A stretch of 64,000 bases of DNA, from positions 42,514-106,513 of the forward strand of contig JAWKPM010000010.1 in the NCBI GenBank assembly GCA_041390625.1, read 5' to 3'. The stretch's first letter is position 1. Each line of letters begins with the position of its first letter. The position numbers and the translations under genes are program-made. This document shows positions 19,831 to 29,736 of this stretch, in pieces. Under the pieces are notes generated by a model, which worked only from the letters and a program-made list of their open reading frames with translations, had not been told where the DNA came from and searched no databases. The stretch comes from Dehalococcoidia bacterium (GTDB lineage: Bacteria; Chloroflexota; Dehalococcoidia; UBA2979).

Positions 19831-19923
19831 CTAGCCGCTGAGGCGGTCGACGACGGTGAGGATGGCGAGCAGGCCGAGGCAGGAGCCGCTGACGAGGGCG
19901 ACCCGCTTCATCTCTCGCAACAT
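19831..19923 (-). CDS. Possible small hydrophobic peptide (26-30 aa)
   Basis: MLREMKRVALVSGSCLGLLAILTVVDRLSG. Every codon ends in G/C, which is host-like. Weak RBS. It is the distal end of a long spurious ORF that overlaps the tRNA antisense. Confidence 0.25.
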   Translation of the reverse strand: MLREMKRVALVSGSCLGLLAILTVVDRLSG

Positions 19924-20178
19924 GTAGCGTGATTCGCGGGCGGCAGCGGCGACGGCGCGGTCGTGCGCGCCGTGGCGGCCTCGCGAGGCACCCTCGTCAC
20001 CACCGCCCGAGGCAGGCGCGGGCGCGGAGCCCTGGTAGGTGGGCCTCGGTGGGAGGCGGCGCCTCGATGTGGTGCGTCGACGGGGGTTGCTCGACATGGG
20101 TGCCAGTCTACGTCGGGAAGTCGCGAGGCGCGATGGATTGACCGGGGGTGACGCGGATGCCATGATCTCGGCCTCGGC

Positions 20179-20255
20179 GGCCCCGTAGTGTAGCGGCCTA
20201 ACACGCCACCCTGTCACGGTGGAGATCGTCGGTTCGAATCCGATCGGGGTCGCCA
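20179..20255 (+). tRNA. tRNA-Asp (anticodon GTC), CCA encoded
   Basis: Hand-folded cloverleaf. Acceptor GGCCCCG/CGGGGTC (one G.U pair), D-arm GTGT/ACAC, anticodon stem CCACC/GGTGG with loop CTGTCAC, T-arm GTCGG-TTCGAAT-CCGAT. Ends G-CCA. Confidence 0.9.
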
Positions 20256-20290
20256 TAACCCGCTCGGTAGATTCGGCCGCGAGCGGGTTA
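20256..20290 (+). terminator. 11-bp stem hairpin (TAACCCGCTCG ... CGAGCGGGTTA) immediately 3' of tRNA-Asp
   Basis: Perfect inverted repeat read from the sequence. No T-run. Confidence 0.4.
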
Positions 20291-20512
20291 CGATCGGGCT
20301 GACCCTCCTCGGCCCGTCCGGGTCCGCAAATTCATCGACCGCCATCGACCGCTGACCGCCAAGAGGCACCCCTTCGCGCGGCGGAAGTGTGCCAGATGGG
20401 CGAACCACGTGAGCGTTGCTCCCGGCGAACTGGGAGCTTGCGGGCCGATCACTCCTCGGGCTCCCCCGCGGAAATCGCGACACCGAGGCGCGGTCGATCG
20501 CGACGAACGCCG

Positions 20513-21259
20513 CTAGAGCTCGCGATGCGAAAGGCGAATCCCGGCCACCCAGAGTGCGAGAGAGGCGGCCACCGCTCCGACGATCGCCGACCGCACGTAC
20601 TGAGCCGGAGTCGCGTCCGTGAGTAGTCCGAGCATCGCGTTCGCCAGGCGGCCGGGAAGCCACTCGCCGATTGTCGGGACCAGCCCCAGGAGAGAAACGC
20701 CGGCGATCAGGGCGTAGGTGACAACGACGGTGCCGAGCACACCCCTGGCAATGGATGCAGCGAGCGCGACGAGAGAGATGACGAAGGCGAAGTAGAGCGC
20801 CCCATAGAGGGTGCCAAACAGCATGGCCTCCACCCCCAGCGACCCGATAAGCACGCGGGTTTCGTACCAAGCCGCAGCTGTCCCGAGTGCGAACACCACG
20901 GCGGTGGCCGGCGCCCAGACTGCAAAGCGGGCCAGGACGAGCACTTGCATGGATCTCACGCGCGTTCGCAGGAAAGCAGCGAGCTCACTTTCGCCATCGA
21001 ATGCGAACGCACCCGCCGCTGCCGCGATCGCTGTGAGCAGCCCCAGCTGCATGATATTGCCCAGGTATTGCCGGACGCCGTCGGCCGGCACTGCTGCAGT
21101 GACGGTGAGCTGCACGTTGCTACCCAATCGGCTAACGATGTCGGACAAATAGCGCGCAGTGAACGGGCCGAGCAGCCCAAAGAAGATGAACACGACGAGT
21201 AGCGCCGGACCTCGCCAAGTACGTCGCAAGCGGAGCAATTCCAGTCGCCACAGGCTCAC
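20513..21259 (-). CDS. ABC-2 type transporter permease
   Basis: 248 aa with 6 predicted TM helices. Overlaps the upstream ATPase by 4 nt. Confidence 0.75.
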   Translation of the reverse strand: MSLWRLELLRLRRTWRGPALLVVFIFFGLLGPFTARYLSDIVSRLGSNVQLTVTAAVPADGVRQYLGNIMQLGLLTAIAAAAGAFAFDGESELAAFLRTRVRSMQVLVLARFAVWAPATAVVFALGTAAAWYETRVLIGSLGVEAMLFGTLYGALYFAFVISLVALAASIARGVLGTVVVTYALIAGVSLLGLVPTIGEWLPGRLANAMLGLLTDATPAQYVRSAIVGAVAASLALWVAGIRLSHREL

Positions 21260-22128
21260 GTTGTGATCTCCAAGAACACCTCCTCCAGCGACGCCTCACC
21301 CGGGCGGAAACTGACCACACGCGCGTTCGCTCGCGCCAGGGCGGCCGGCAACCCACATTCGGCATCTTCGAGCCGACTAACCGCGACCCGAATCGCACCT
21401 CCCCGGCTGATGTCGACGGAACGCACCCACGGCACGTCTCGGAGAACCTGGGCGACTTGATCGGGGCGATCACGTAACCGCACTAAGTAGTGCGGCGCGG
21501 CCGACCCCGTCAGCAGCTGAGCGAGCGGTCCTTGGTACAAGAGTCGCCCGTTCCGAAGGATCCCGACCGTGTCGCACACCTCCTGCACGTCTGAGAGGAT
21601 GTGGCTGGAGAACACAACTGTCCGGCTGCCCCGCTCGCGAGCGATAAGGTCGAGGACCTCGCGACGCCCCATCGGGTCGAGAGCTGCGGCGGGCTCGTCG
21701 AGCAGGAGCAGCTCCGGGTCTGCCACGAGTGCGGCGGCCAGCCCGAGTCGCTGGAGCATGCCCCGTGAGAAGCCCCCAACCCGACGGTCGAGCGCGTCAG
21801 TGAGCCCAGCCTCGTCGAGCGTTTGCTCGACACGCTCCGGCGGGGGCGTGCCCAATACAAGCGAGTAGGCGAGCGCCACAACCTCGCGGGCTGTGAGCCA
21901 CGGCTCGAACTGCGGGGTGTCAGGCGCGAGGACCACGCGCTCCCGCGGTACGTTGATGCTGCATTCGCCCTCGGTGGGGCGACGAAGACCAGCGAGTATG
22001 GAAAGCAGGGTCGTCTTCCCCGAGCCGTTTGGGCCCACAAGGCCGTAGACGCTGCCGTGTGTGACCTCCATGTCGACACCATCGAGCGCGGCGTGTGCCC
22101 CATATTGCTTTCGTAGTCCCCGCGTCAT
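21256..22128 (-). CDS. ABC transporter ATP-binding protein
   Basis: Internal ATG at 22128. Walker A GPNGSGKTT, signature FSRGMLQRLG, Walker B LLLLDEP. Confidence 0.85.
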   Translation of the reverse strand: MTRGLRKQYGAHAALDGVDMEVTHGSVYGLVGPNGSGKTTLLSILAGLRRPTEGECSINVPRERVVLAPDTPQFEPWLTAREVVALAYSLVLGTPPPERVEQTLDEAGLTDALDRRVGGFSRGMLQRLGLAAALVADPELLLLDEPAAALDPMGRREVLDLIARERGSRTVVFSSHILSDVQEVCDTVGILRNGRLLYQGPLAQLLTGSAAPHYLVRLRDRPDQVAQVLRDVPWVRSVDISRGGAIRVAVSRLEDAECGLPAALARANARVVSFRPGEASLEEVFLEITT

Positions 22129-22133
22129 CACCG

Positions 22134-22322
22134 TCACGCGTGCTGCCTCCCTGCCACGAGGTAGGCAATGCCACCAACCGGTGCCGAAACGAGCAAGATC
22201 ACCAGGGCCCATGCCCACTTCGGGAGATACCGTGCGCCTGAACGCGCTAGCTCATACAGGCAGTACGCATCGAATGCGATGGCAACGATGACGATTGGGA
22301 TCAGGGCCGCGAGCGGCGGCAT
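22134..22322 (-). CDS. PLDc_N-family small membrane protein (PLD-nuclease N-terminal domain), first gene of the ABC-2 operon
   Basis: 62 aa from an ATG 6 nt after AGGAG. PIVIVAIAFDAYCLYELAR...YLPKWAWALVILL...GIAYLVAGR is typical of the PLDc_N domain. Confidence 0.7.
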   Translation of the reverse strand: MPPLAALIPIVIVAIAFDAYCLYELARSGARYLPKWAWALVILLVSAPVGGIAYLVAGRQHA

Positions 22323-22573
22323 GTACAACTCCTGTTCATGTGCAGATGTCAGTCGGGAGGATAGATTCGTATTCCTACGATGATCTGAGAGCAGACTGGA
22401 TCTCACACTCAGGATGGGAGTCTTGGTGGCTCACACCTGCAGCCCGTTTTCACCCGTCCGACTCACGGGATTCAGGTTCCTCTCAGGGTCTAGATCTGAT
22501 GATGGCCGCACGCGACATCGATCCCGGGGGGCGGCCAAGCCATGTTCGCTCCTCTGATTCAGAGGAGGTGAGC

Positions 22574-23302
22574 GTGCGCATCGCGCCATTGATCCATCGC
22601 ATCGGCACGAACAGCATCGTGAACGCCTACCTGCTTGAAGAGGCCGGCGAGGTCACGATCATCGATGCCGGTGTGCCCGGCTACTACGGGGACATCCCCC
22701 GAGAGCTTGCAGCGATGGGGCGGTCGGTCGCGGATGTCCGCGCACTGTTGCTGACGCACGGCCACAGCGATCACATCGGATTCGCCGAGCGGCTGCGTCG
22801 GCAGGACGGCGTACCGGTCTCGGTTCACGAGATCGACGCCTCGCTGGCTCGAGGCGAGGTGCCAAACCCTTCGAAGGGAATGGGCCCGACCAAGTTGGGA
22901 CCGCTCCTCGGCTTCCTGTGGTTCACCATGCTTCACGGTGGATTTCGGACCCCGCAGCTTCGTGAGGTGTCCACGTTCGGGGACGGCGCCACGCTGGACG
23001 TTCCCGGCAGCCCGCGGGTCATCCTGGTTCCGGGGCACACGCCGGGCAGCTCCGCGCTCCACGTTCCGACCCACGACGCACTCTTCGTCGGTGACGCCCT
23101 CGCGACCTACGCGGTGACCACCGGCAAGCGCGGCCCGCAAGTCGCGCCGTTCACAGCCGACGAAGAGACAGCCCTTGCGTCGCTCGGACGCCTCAGGCAC
23201 CTCGACGCCGACCTCGTTCTGCCCGGCCACGGAGATGCGTGGACCGGTGGCGCGGCGGCGGCCGTGGATCAGGTGCGCCAGGAGGTGACGGCCGTCGCCT
23301 GA
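22574..23302 (+). CDS. MBL-fold metallo-hydrolase
   Basis: GTG 5 nt after GAGGAGG. LLTHGHSDHIG (HxHxDH) and later VPGHTPGS. Confidence 0.8.
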   Translation: MRIAPLIHRIGTNSIVNAYLLEEAGEVTIIDAGVPGYYGDIPRELAAMGRSVADVRALLLTHGHSDHIGFAERLRRQDGVPVSVHEIDASLARGEVPNPSKGMGPTKLGPLLGFLWFTMLHGGFRTPQLREVSTFGDGATLDVPGSPRVILVPGHTPGSSALHVPTHDALFVGDALATYAVTTGKRGPQVAPFTADEETALASLGRLRHLDADLVLPGHGDAWTGGAAAAVDQVRQEVTAVA

Positions 23303-23365
23303 GCGACGCGGCGCGGCGCCGCGCGGCGTCGGAAGGCTCTGCCCCCCGAGGAAGGGAGTTCGGCG

Positions 23366-24178
23366 GTGACGACGCTCTTCCCTTGGCTACGAGTGCTGCT
23401 GGCTGTGGCGATCTACGTCGTATTCGCGCTGCTCGCCTCTATCGGCATCAGGCGGGTCGGAGCCGACTTGAAGGACATGCAGGGACGCACCTCGATGGTT
23501 GTGCTGGCGATCGGCGCGCTGGCGAACGTGGCGGTGCTCGCCACGGTGTTGCTGATGCTGGTGCTGCTCGACGGGCGGAGCCTCTCGTCGCTCGGACTCG
23601 ACGTCACGGCACGCGATGCGCTGGTGACAGCGTTCGCGATTGGCGCCATCGCGACGCTGTCAGCCGCGTTCCTGTCGGTGGTCGCACGGAGGACGCAGCA
23701 TCGCGTCCGACTTCTGCGCATCACTCCGTCGGCCACGGCCATGCTCGGAGCGGTGATGATGCTCGGGGTGCTGTTCGTCGTTGCCCTGCAGGAGGAGGTG
23801 GTCTACCGCGGCTACGTGGCCGTGAATCTTCTCGATGAGGGCTGGCTGGTGGTGGCGCTCGCGTCGATCGTCAGCTTCACGGCCATCCACCTGCTGACCA
23901 ATCGCACCAGCCCGGCCCAGGTCGCCAGCTGGCTGCTGGGCGCTTCGGTACTCGTCTGCGCCTACCTCGTCAGTGGCTCGATCTGGGTCGCCGTGACGCT
24001 GCACTTTGCGACGGACGTGACGAACGTGGTCGCGCTAGGAATCGCCGGCCAGTACTCGCTCGTCGAGATCGCGCCTCCGCTCAGCGACCGTGACCGTGTG
24101 ATGTACCGAGGCGCTTTCGCGGTGTCCCTGATCGCGATCCTCATCGGGGCCTTTGGAACGAACGTGAGGATCGGTTAG
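23366..24178 (+). CDS. CPBP-family (CAAX/Abi) intramembrane metalloprotease
   Basis: GTG after GAAGGGAG. Motifs EEVVYRG (EExxxR), FTAIHL and HFATD (second His motif). Multi-TM. Confidence 0.75.
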   Translation: MTTLFPWLRVLLAVAIYVVFALLASIGIRRVGADLKDMQGRTSMVVLAIGALANVAVLATVLLMLVLLDGRSLSSLGLDVTARDALVTAFAIGAIATLSAAFLSVVARRTQHRVRLLRITPSATAMLGAVMMLGVLFVVALQEEVVYRGYVAVNLLDEGWLVVALASIVSFTAIHLLTNRTSPAQVASWLLGASVLVCAYLVSGSIWVAVTLHFATDVTNVVALGIAGQYSLVEIAPPLSDRDRVMYRGAFAVSLIAILIGAFGTNVRIG

Positions 24179-24203
24179 GCACTACAAGTCAAAGGAGGCC
24201 TTG

Positions 24204-24893
24204 ATGGCCAGCCACTCCGCCACAACGACTCGTCGGTCGGTTACCGAGCGTGGGAGGATGTCGATCGAACCGTTCCTGACGTCGATCCCTTTCATCGTTG
24301 CCGGCATCCTCTTCGTCCTCTATCCAGCCGTCAGACCGTTCTCCGACGAGCAAACGATGGACGGCGCGCGAACGTTCGCCTCGGACCGCTGGGTCGTGGC
24401 GCACTCGTTCGCCCTCGCGGGGTTCATCCTGCTCGGGCTTGGACTGCTCGGACTGCGTGACCTCTTGCGCGGATCCGTCAGCGAACGCTGGGCGCAGTGG
24501 GGGCTCGTGGTCGGCTGGTTCGGGGTGGGCCTGACCCTTCCGTACTACGGCGCCGAGGTGTTCGGACTGCACGCGGTGGGCCGTGAGGTGATCGCCCGCA
24601 ACGACGTTGGCCTGATGTCGTTGGTGGACTCGATCCGCTGGGGCGCAGGGATCTGGTTCATCCTGCTGGGGCTCGTCGCGATTGCCGTCGCCGCCCTGCT
24701 GTTTGCCGTCGCGCTCTGGCGAGCGGCCAGTTACGGGCGTTGGGGCGGCGTCGTGCTCGCCACGGCGTTCGCGCTCTACATCCCTCAGTTCGCAGCATCG
24801 CACCCCGTGAGGGTGTTGCACGGGCTGCTCGTCTTCGCCGGCTGCTGGCTCATCGCGCGCGGCGTACTGCGGCAGGCGAGCGGGATGGCGTAG
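24204..24893 (+). CDS. Membrane protein (hypothetical, ~6 TM)
   Basis: ATG 5 nt after AAGGAGG. Hydrophobic throughout. Confidence 0.6.
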   Translation: MASHSATTTRRSVTERGRMSIEPFLTSIPFIVAGILFVLYPAVRPFSDEQTMDGARTFASDRWVVAHSFALAGFILLGLGLLGLRDLLRGSVSERWAQWGLVVGWFGVGLTLPYYGAEVFGLHAVGREVIARNDVGLMSLVDSIRWGAGIWFILLGLVAIAVAALLFAVALWRAASYGRWGGVVLATAFALYIPQFAASHPVRVLHGLLVFAGCWLIARGVLRQASGMA

Positions 24894-25007
24894 CGCTTGC
24901 CCGGCCGCGGTGGGCGTCCCGCCCGATCGGGGTCGCCAGCCCGTCTCGCCTCGACGCTTCACCTACCTCGATGCCGCGCCAGGCGAGCACCGACAGCACG
25001 CAGCGAG

Positions 25008-25283
25008 CTAGTCGGCTTGGCGTCGCTGCCACTCTTCGAGCGTCTTCGCCACCTTCGGGTGCGTGCTGCGGTCAGTTCCGGGCGGTGGCAGCCCGAGATC
25101 CTCACGGAGTACTTCGAGAAGCGCATCACACCACTCGGTCCATGTTCCCGGGTCGGAAGGTACACGCTCGCCCGCCTCCTCCATCGAATCGAGGATTTGC
25201 TCAGTGGTTAGATGGCGCGCCTGATACTGACTCAGGATTTTCAGCATCGCGCGGTAGGCCTGCCAGTCATCGACCATCACCAT
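25008..25283 (-). CDS. Hypothetical acidic protein (91 aa) with atypical low-GC3 codon usage
   Basis: ORF with AAA/AGT/TAT/CTA/CAA codons, unlike the rest of the window. No recognisable motif. Confidence 0.4.
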   Translation of the reverse strand: MVMVDDWQAYRAMLKILSQYQARHLTTEQILDSMEEAGERVPSDPGTWTEWCDALLEVLREDLGLPPPGTDRSTHPKVAKTLEEWQRRQAD

Positions 25284-25637
25284 GCGCTCACCTCAGGGTC
25301 GAAGCCTCTTGCGAACTGGGTCCCACTGAAACAGGACCTCGTTCACACCACCGTTCGTGATGAGAGCGCCAGTTGGACTGTGCCAAATCTCTGCCCAACT
25401 CTGGTCGCCGCCGCACCTCGTAGGTGAGCATAAACATCGACGACCCAGTCCGTGGGCGCGCGGGCAGCGCCCACGACTCGTAGCCCCAAGCGGCGATAAC
25501 GTCGGCGTTCTCGTCGATCCGGTCGCTTCTCGAGCCGAGGCCGTCGTAGGAGACGTACGCCGGGTCATCGGAGCCGTCGATGGCCGCGACGAGGTCGAGG
25601 CCGTCGGGCGCGCTTCCTCGTGCGTCGCGCCCGGCGG

Positions 25638-26707
25638 CTACACGAGGTGGCAGGCGACGCGGTGGCCGGGGGCCTTCTCCTCGAGGACGGGGACCTCTTC
25701 TCGACAGCGGTCGGTCGCGAGGGGGCAGCGCGTGTTGAAGCGGCAGCCGGGGGGCGGGTTCTCGGGGCTGGGGAGGTCGCCTTCGAGGAGGAAGGACTCG
25801 CGCTTCGCCTCGAGCTTCGGGTCGGGCACGGGGATCGCGCTGAGCAGCGCTCGCGTGTATGGGTGCTGCGGGTTCGCGAAGAGGTCGTCGGCGGGGGCCT
25901 CCTCCATGATCAACCCGAGGTACATGACGGCGACACGGTCGGAGATGAAGCGCACGGTCGACATGTCGTGGGAGATGAAGACGTAGGCGAGTCCGAGCTT
26001 CGACTGGAGGTCTCGCAGCAGGTTCACGACCTGCGCGCGCACTGAGACATCGAGGGCACTCGTCGGCTCGTCGGCGACGACGAGGTCGGGGCCGACCGCG
26101 AGGGCGCGCGCGATGCCGACACGCTGGCGCTGGCCGCCGGAGAACTGGCCGGGGTATCGATCGGCGGTCGTGGGGTCGAGGCCGACCTGGTCCATCAGCT
26201 CCTCGACGCGGGCGCGACGCTCCTCTCGACTGCCGATGCGCTGCACGGTGAGGGGCTCGGCGATGCTGGCACCGATCGACATCTTCGGGTCGAGCGAGGC
26301 CATGGGGTCCTGGAAGATCATCTGGACGCGCCGGCGGTAGGCCTTGATGTCGGCCTGCTTGCGGACGGCGGTGATGCCGAGGCTGCTGAGGTAGTCCACG
26401 CCATCGAGGAGGATGCGCCCCTCGGTGGGGGAGTCGAGCTGGACGAGCATGCGGCCCGTCGTGGTCTTGCCGCAGCCGGACTCGCCGACGAGGCCGAGCG
26501 TCTCGCCTCGCTTCAGGGTGAGGTCGACGCCATCGACGGCGCGCACGCGCTTCGTGGGACCGCCGAACCATGACCGCCCGGAGATGAAGTGCTTCTTGAG
26601 GCCCTTCACCTCGAGCAGCGGCGTGTTGCCGCCGGCGGCGGGGATGCGCCCGGCCTCGCGGCTGGGGGGCGGCAGGAAGTCGGTCGCGGTCGTCCTGGGT
26701 GCGGTGG

Positions 26708-26711
<4 letters not shown>
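25638..26711 (-). CDS. Oligopeptide/dipeptide ABC transporter ATP-binding protein (DppF/OppF-like)
   Basis: GTG start (VTTAPR..) in a GTGA overlap with the upstream ATPase stop. Walker [10 protein letters not shown], signature [10 protein letters not shown], and the C-terminal oligopeptide-ABC extension (CRFNTRCP). Confidence 0.9.
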
Positions 26712-27778
<1,067 letters not shown>

Positions 27779-27816
27779 GACGTCGTCCCTTCGTTCGTTC
27801 GTTGCTGCCTCGAGCG

Positions 27817-28707
27817 CTACTTGCGGAGCGACGGGTCGAGCTGCTCGCGGATGCCGTCGGAGAACAGGTGGAGGCTGATCGCCACGACGACGATGGCGAG
27901 GCCCGGGATAGTCGAGATCCACCACGCCTCGCGCAGGTAGTTGCGCCCGTCCGCGACGAGGTTGCCGAGCGACGGCTCGGGCGGCGTGATGCCGAGCCCG
28001 AGGAACGACAGCGCGGCCTCGGCGAGGATGGCATTCGCGGCGTAGATGGTCGCGACGACGACCATCGGAGCCACGGTGTTCGGGAGGACGTGCCTCAACA
28101 GGAGCCACCACGTCGGGGCGTTGCCCATGCGGGCGGCGTCCATGAACGTCCTCGAGCGCATGCCCAGCGCGAGCGAGCGCTGCAGACGGATGGCCGCCGG
28201 CATCGAGGAGATGCCGAGGGCGATGATCAGCTGCGTCGTGCCGCCGCCGAAGACGGCGATGATCCCGATCGCCAGCAGCAGACCGGGAAACGCCAGGAGT
28301 ACGTCGACGAAAGCCGAGATGATGGTGTCGACGCGGCGGCCCATCGTGCCGGCCATGGTGCCGAGGAGGATGCCCATCGACATCGACAGCGTGGCGGCGG
28401 CGAAGCCGATGGTGAGCGACACCTTCAGCCCGGCGATCGTCCTCGAGAAGATGTCGCGCCCGAGCTTGTCGGTGCCGAAGAAGTGCGAGAACGAGGGACC
28501 GGTCAGCGAGTCGGCCACGTTCGGCTTCAACGGGTCCGCAATCGGCAGGATCGGCGCCGTCACCGCGAGCAGCAGGATCGGCAGCAGGATGGCGGCGCCG
28601 AGCGCGTTGTTGCGGTTGCGGAAGAACGACGCGAACGAGCTCTCACGGAGCCAGCCGGACGCCCTCGATGACGGCTGCGTCCTCGCCGTCGAAATGGTCG
28701 TTTGCAT
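27817..28707 (-). CDS. Peptide ABC transporter permease (DppC/OppC-like)
   Basis: 296 aa. BPD-transporter EAA-like loop ([18 protein letters not shown]...). Confidence 0.85.
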   Translation of the reverse strand: MQTTISTARTQPSSRASGWLRESSFASFFRNRNNALGAAILLPILLLAVTAPILPIADPLKPNVADSLTGPSFSHFFGTDKLGRDIFSRTIAGLKVSLTIGFAAATLSMSMGILLGTMAGTMGRRVDTIISAFVDVLLAFPGLLLAIGIIAVFGGGTTQLIIALGISSMPAAIRLQRSLALGMRSRTFMDAARMGNAPTWWLLLRHVLPNTVAPMVVVATIYAANAILAEAALSFLGLGITPPEPSLGNLVADGRNYLREAWWISTIPGLAIVVVAISLHLFSDGIREQLDPSLRK

Positions 28708-28734
28708 CGAGCCTGCCTTCCTCGAGAGGTGGAA

Positions 28735-29685
28735 CTACGAGAGCCGCACTCGCGGGTCGACGCGGGTGTAGACGAGATCGGTCACGACGTTCACGACGAC
28801 GAAGATGACCGCGTAACTGAGGATCAGTCCCTGCACGACCGGGTAGTCGCGGCTGTAGATGCTGTTGATGAGCTGCGTGCCCATGCCGGGCAGCGAGAAG
28901 ATCGACTCGGTGATGACGGTGCCGGAGAAGAGCCGCCCGACGCTGAGGCCGGTGATGGTGATGATCGGCAGTGCGGCGTTGGGGAGGGCGTGGCGGAACA
29001 GGATGGACCGCTCGGAGGCGCCCAGCGAGCGCGCCGTGCGGATGTAGTCCTCCTCGAGGGTCTGGAGGACCGAGGTCCTCGTGACGCGCGCCACGGAGGC
29101 GATCTGCGCCGTGCCGAGCACGATGACGGGGAGCGCCAGGCGCTTTGCCATGTAGATGGGGTCACCCCAGTCGATGGGCCCGCTGATCGGGAACCAGCCG
29201 AGCTGCAGCGACAGGAAAAGCATCAGGAGCAGCGAGACCCAGAACGAGGGCAGCGTGTCGATGACCATGGCGAAGACGGTGAGGCCGGAGTCGGCCGCGT
29301 CGTTGCCTCGGTACTTCGCGTAAGCGGCGACGGCGCCCAGCGGCACCGAGATCAGCGTGCCGACGATGATCGCGAGGATGGCGACGATGGCGGTTACCGG
29401 CATCGCGTTCGCGATCACCGTGGTGATCGGCAGGTTCGTGTGGATCGAGTGACCGAGGTCGAAGCGGAAGAGGTCCGTGACGTAGTGCACGTACTGGAGG
29501 AGGAGCGGCTCGTTGAGGCCGAGTCGCTCGCGCAGGCCTTCCAGTGCCTCGGCGCTCATGCCTTCGCCACCGATGTACGCGGCCGGGTCCCCCGGGATCA
29601 TGCGCAGCATCAGGAAGACGAGCGTCACGACACCGGCGATGGCCGGGGCCACGGAGGTCGTACGTCGAATCGCGTAGTTGAGCAT
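28735..29685 (-). CDS. Peptide ABC transporter permease (DppB/OppB-like)
   Basis: MLNYAIRR... N-terminus typical of DppB. ATG at 29685 after AAAGGTG. Confidence 0.85.
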   Translation of the reverse strand: MLNYAIRRTTSVAPAIAGVVTLVFLMLRMIPGDPAAYIGGEGMSAEALEGLRERLGLNEPLLLQYVHYVTDLFRFDLGHSIHTNLPITTVIANAMPVTAIVAILAIIVGTLISVPLGAVAAYAKYRGNDAADSGLTVFAMVIDTLPSFWVSLLLMLFLSLQLGWFPISGPIDWGDPIYMAKRLALPVIVLGTAQIASVARVTRTSVLQTLEEDYIRTARSLGASERSILFRHALPNAALPIITITGLSVGRLFSGTVITESIFSLPGMGTQLINSIYSRDYPVVQGLILSYAVIFVVVNVVTDLVYTRVDPRVRLS

Positions 29686-29699
29686 CGAGGCACCTTTCA

Positions 29700-29736
29700 C
29701 GGGGCCCCTTGCGGGGCCCCGCTTCGGCGGCGGGCT
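29700..29736. promoter_or_regulatory. Two palindromic hairpins between the SBP and permease genes (GGGGCCCC-gcaa-GGGGCCCC; GGCGGGCTC-tag-GAGCCCGCC)
   Basis: Read directly from the sequence. Classic position for an intra-operon attenuator that sets SBP:permease stoichiometry. Confidence 0.35.

Noticed and set aside
19831-20256. 141-aa minus-strand ORF covering tRNA-Asp
   Set aside because: It reads antisense across the tRNA gene. Only its last ~30 codons (19831-19923) are kept as a low-confidence micro-ORF.
25284-25637. Possible island attachment-site repeat of the tRNA-Asp 3' end
   Set aside because: Only a weak resemblance (GGTCGCC) was found by eye. No convincing direct repeat, so the island boundary is left approximate.
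25288-26571. 427-aa minus-strand ORF
   Set aside because: Out-of-frame overlap of the DppF-like ATPase gene (25638-26711), which carries the Walker/signature motifs.
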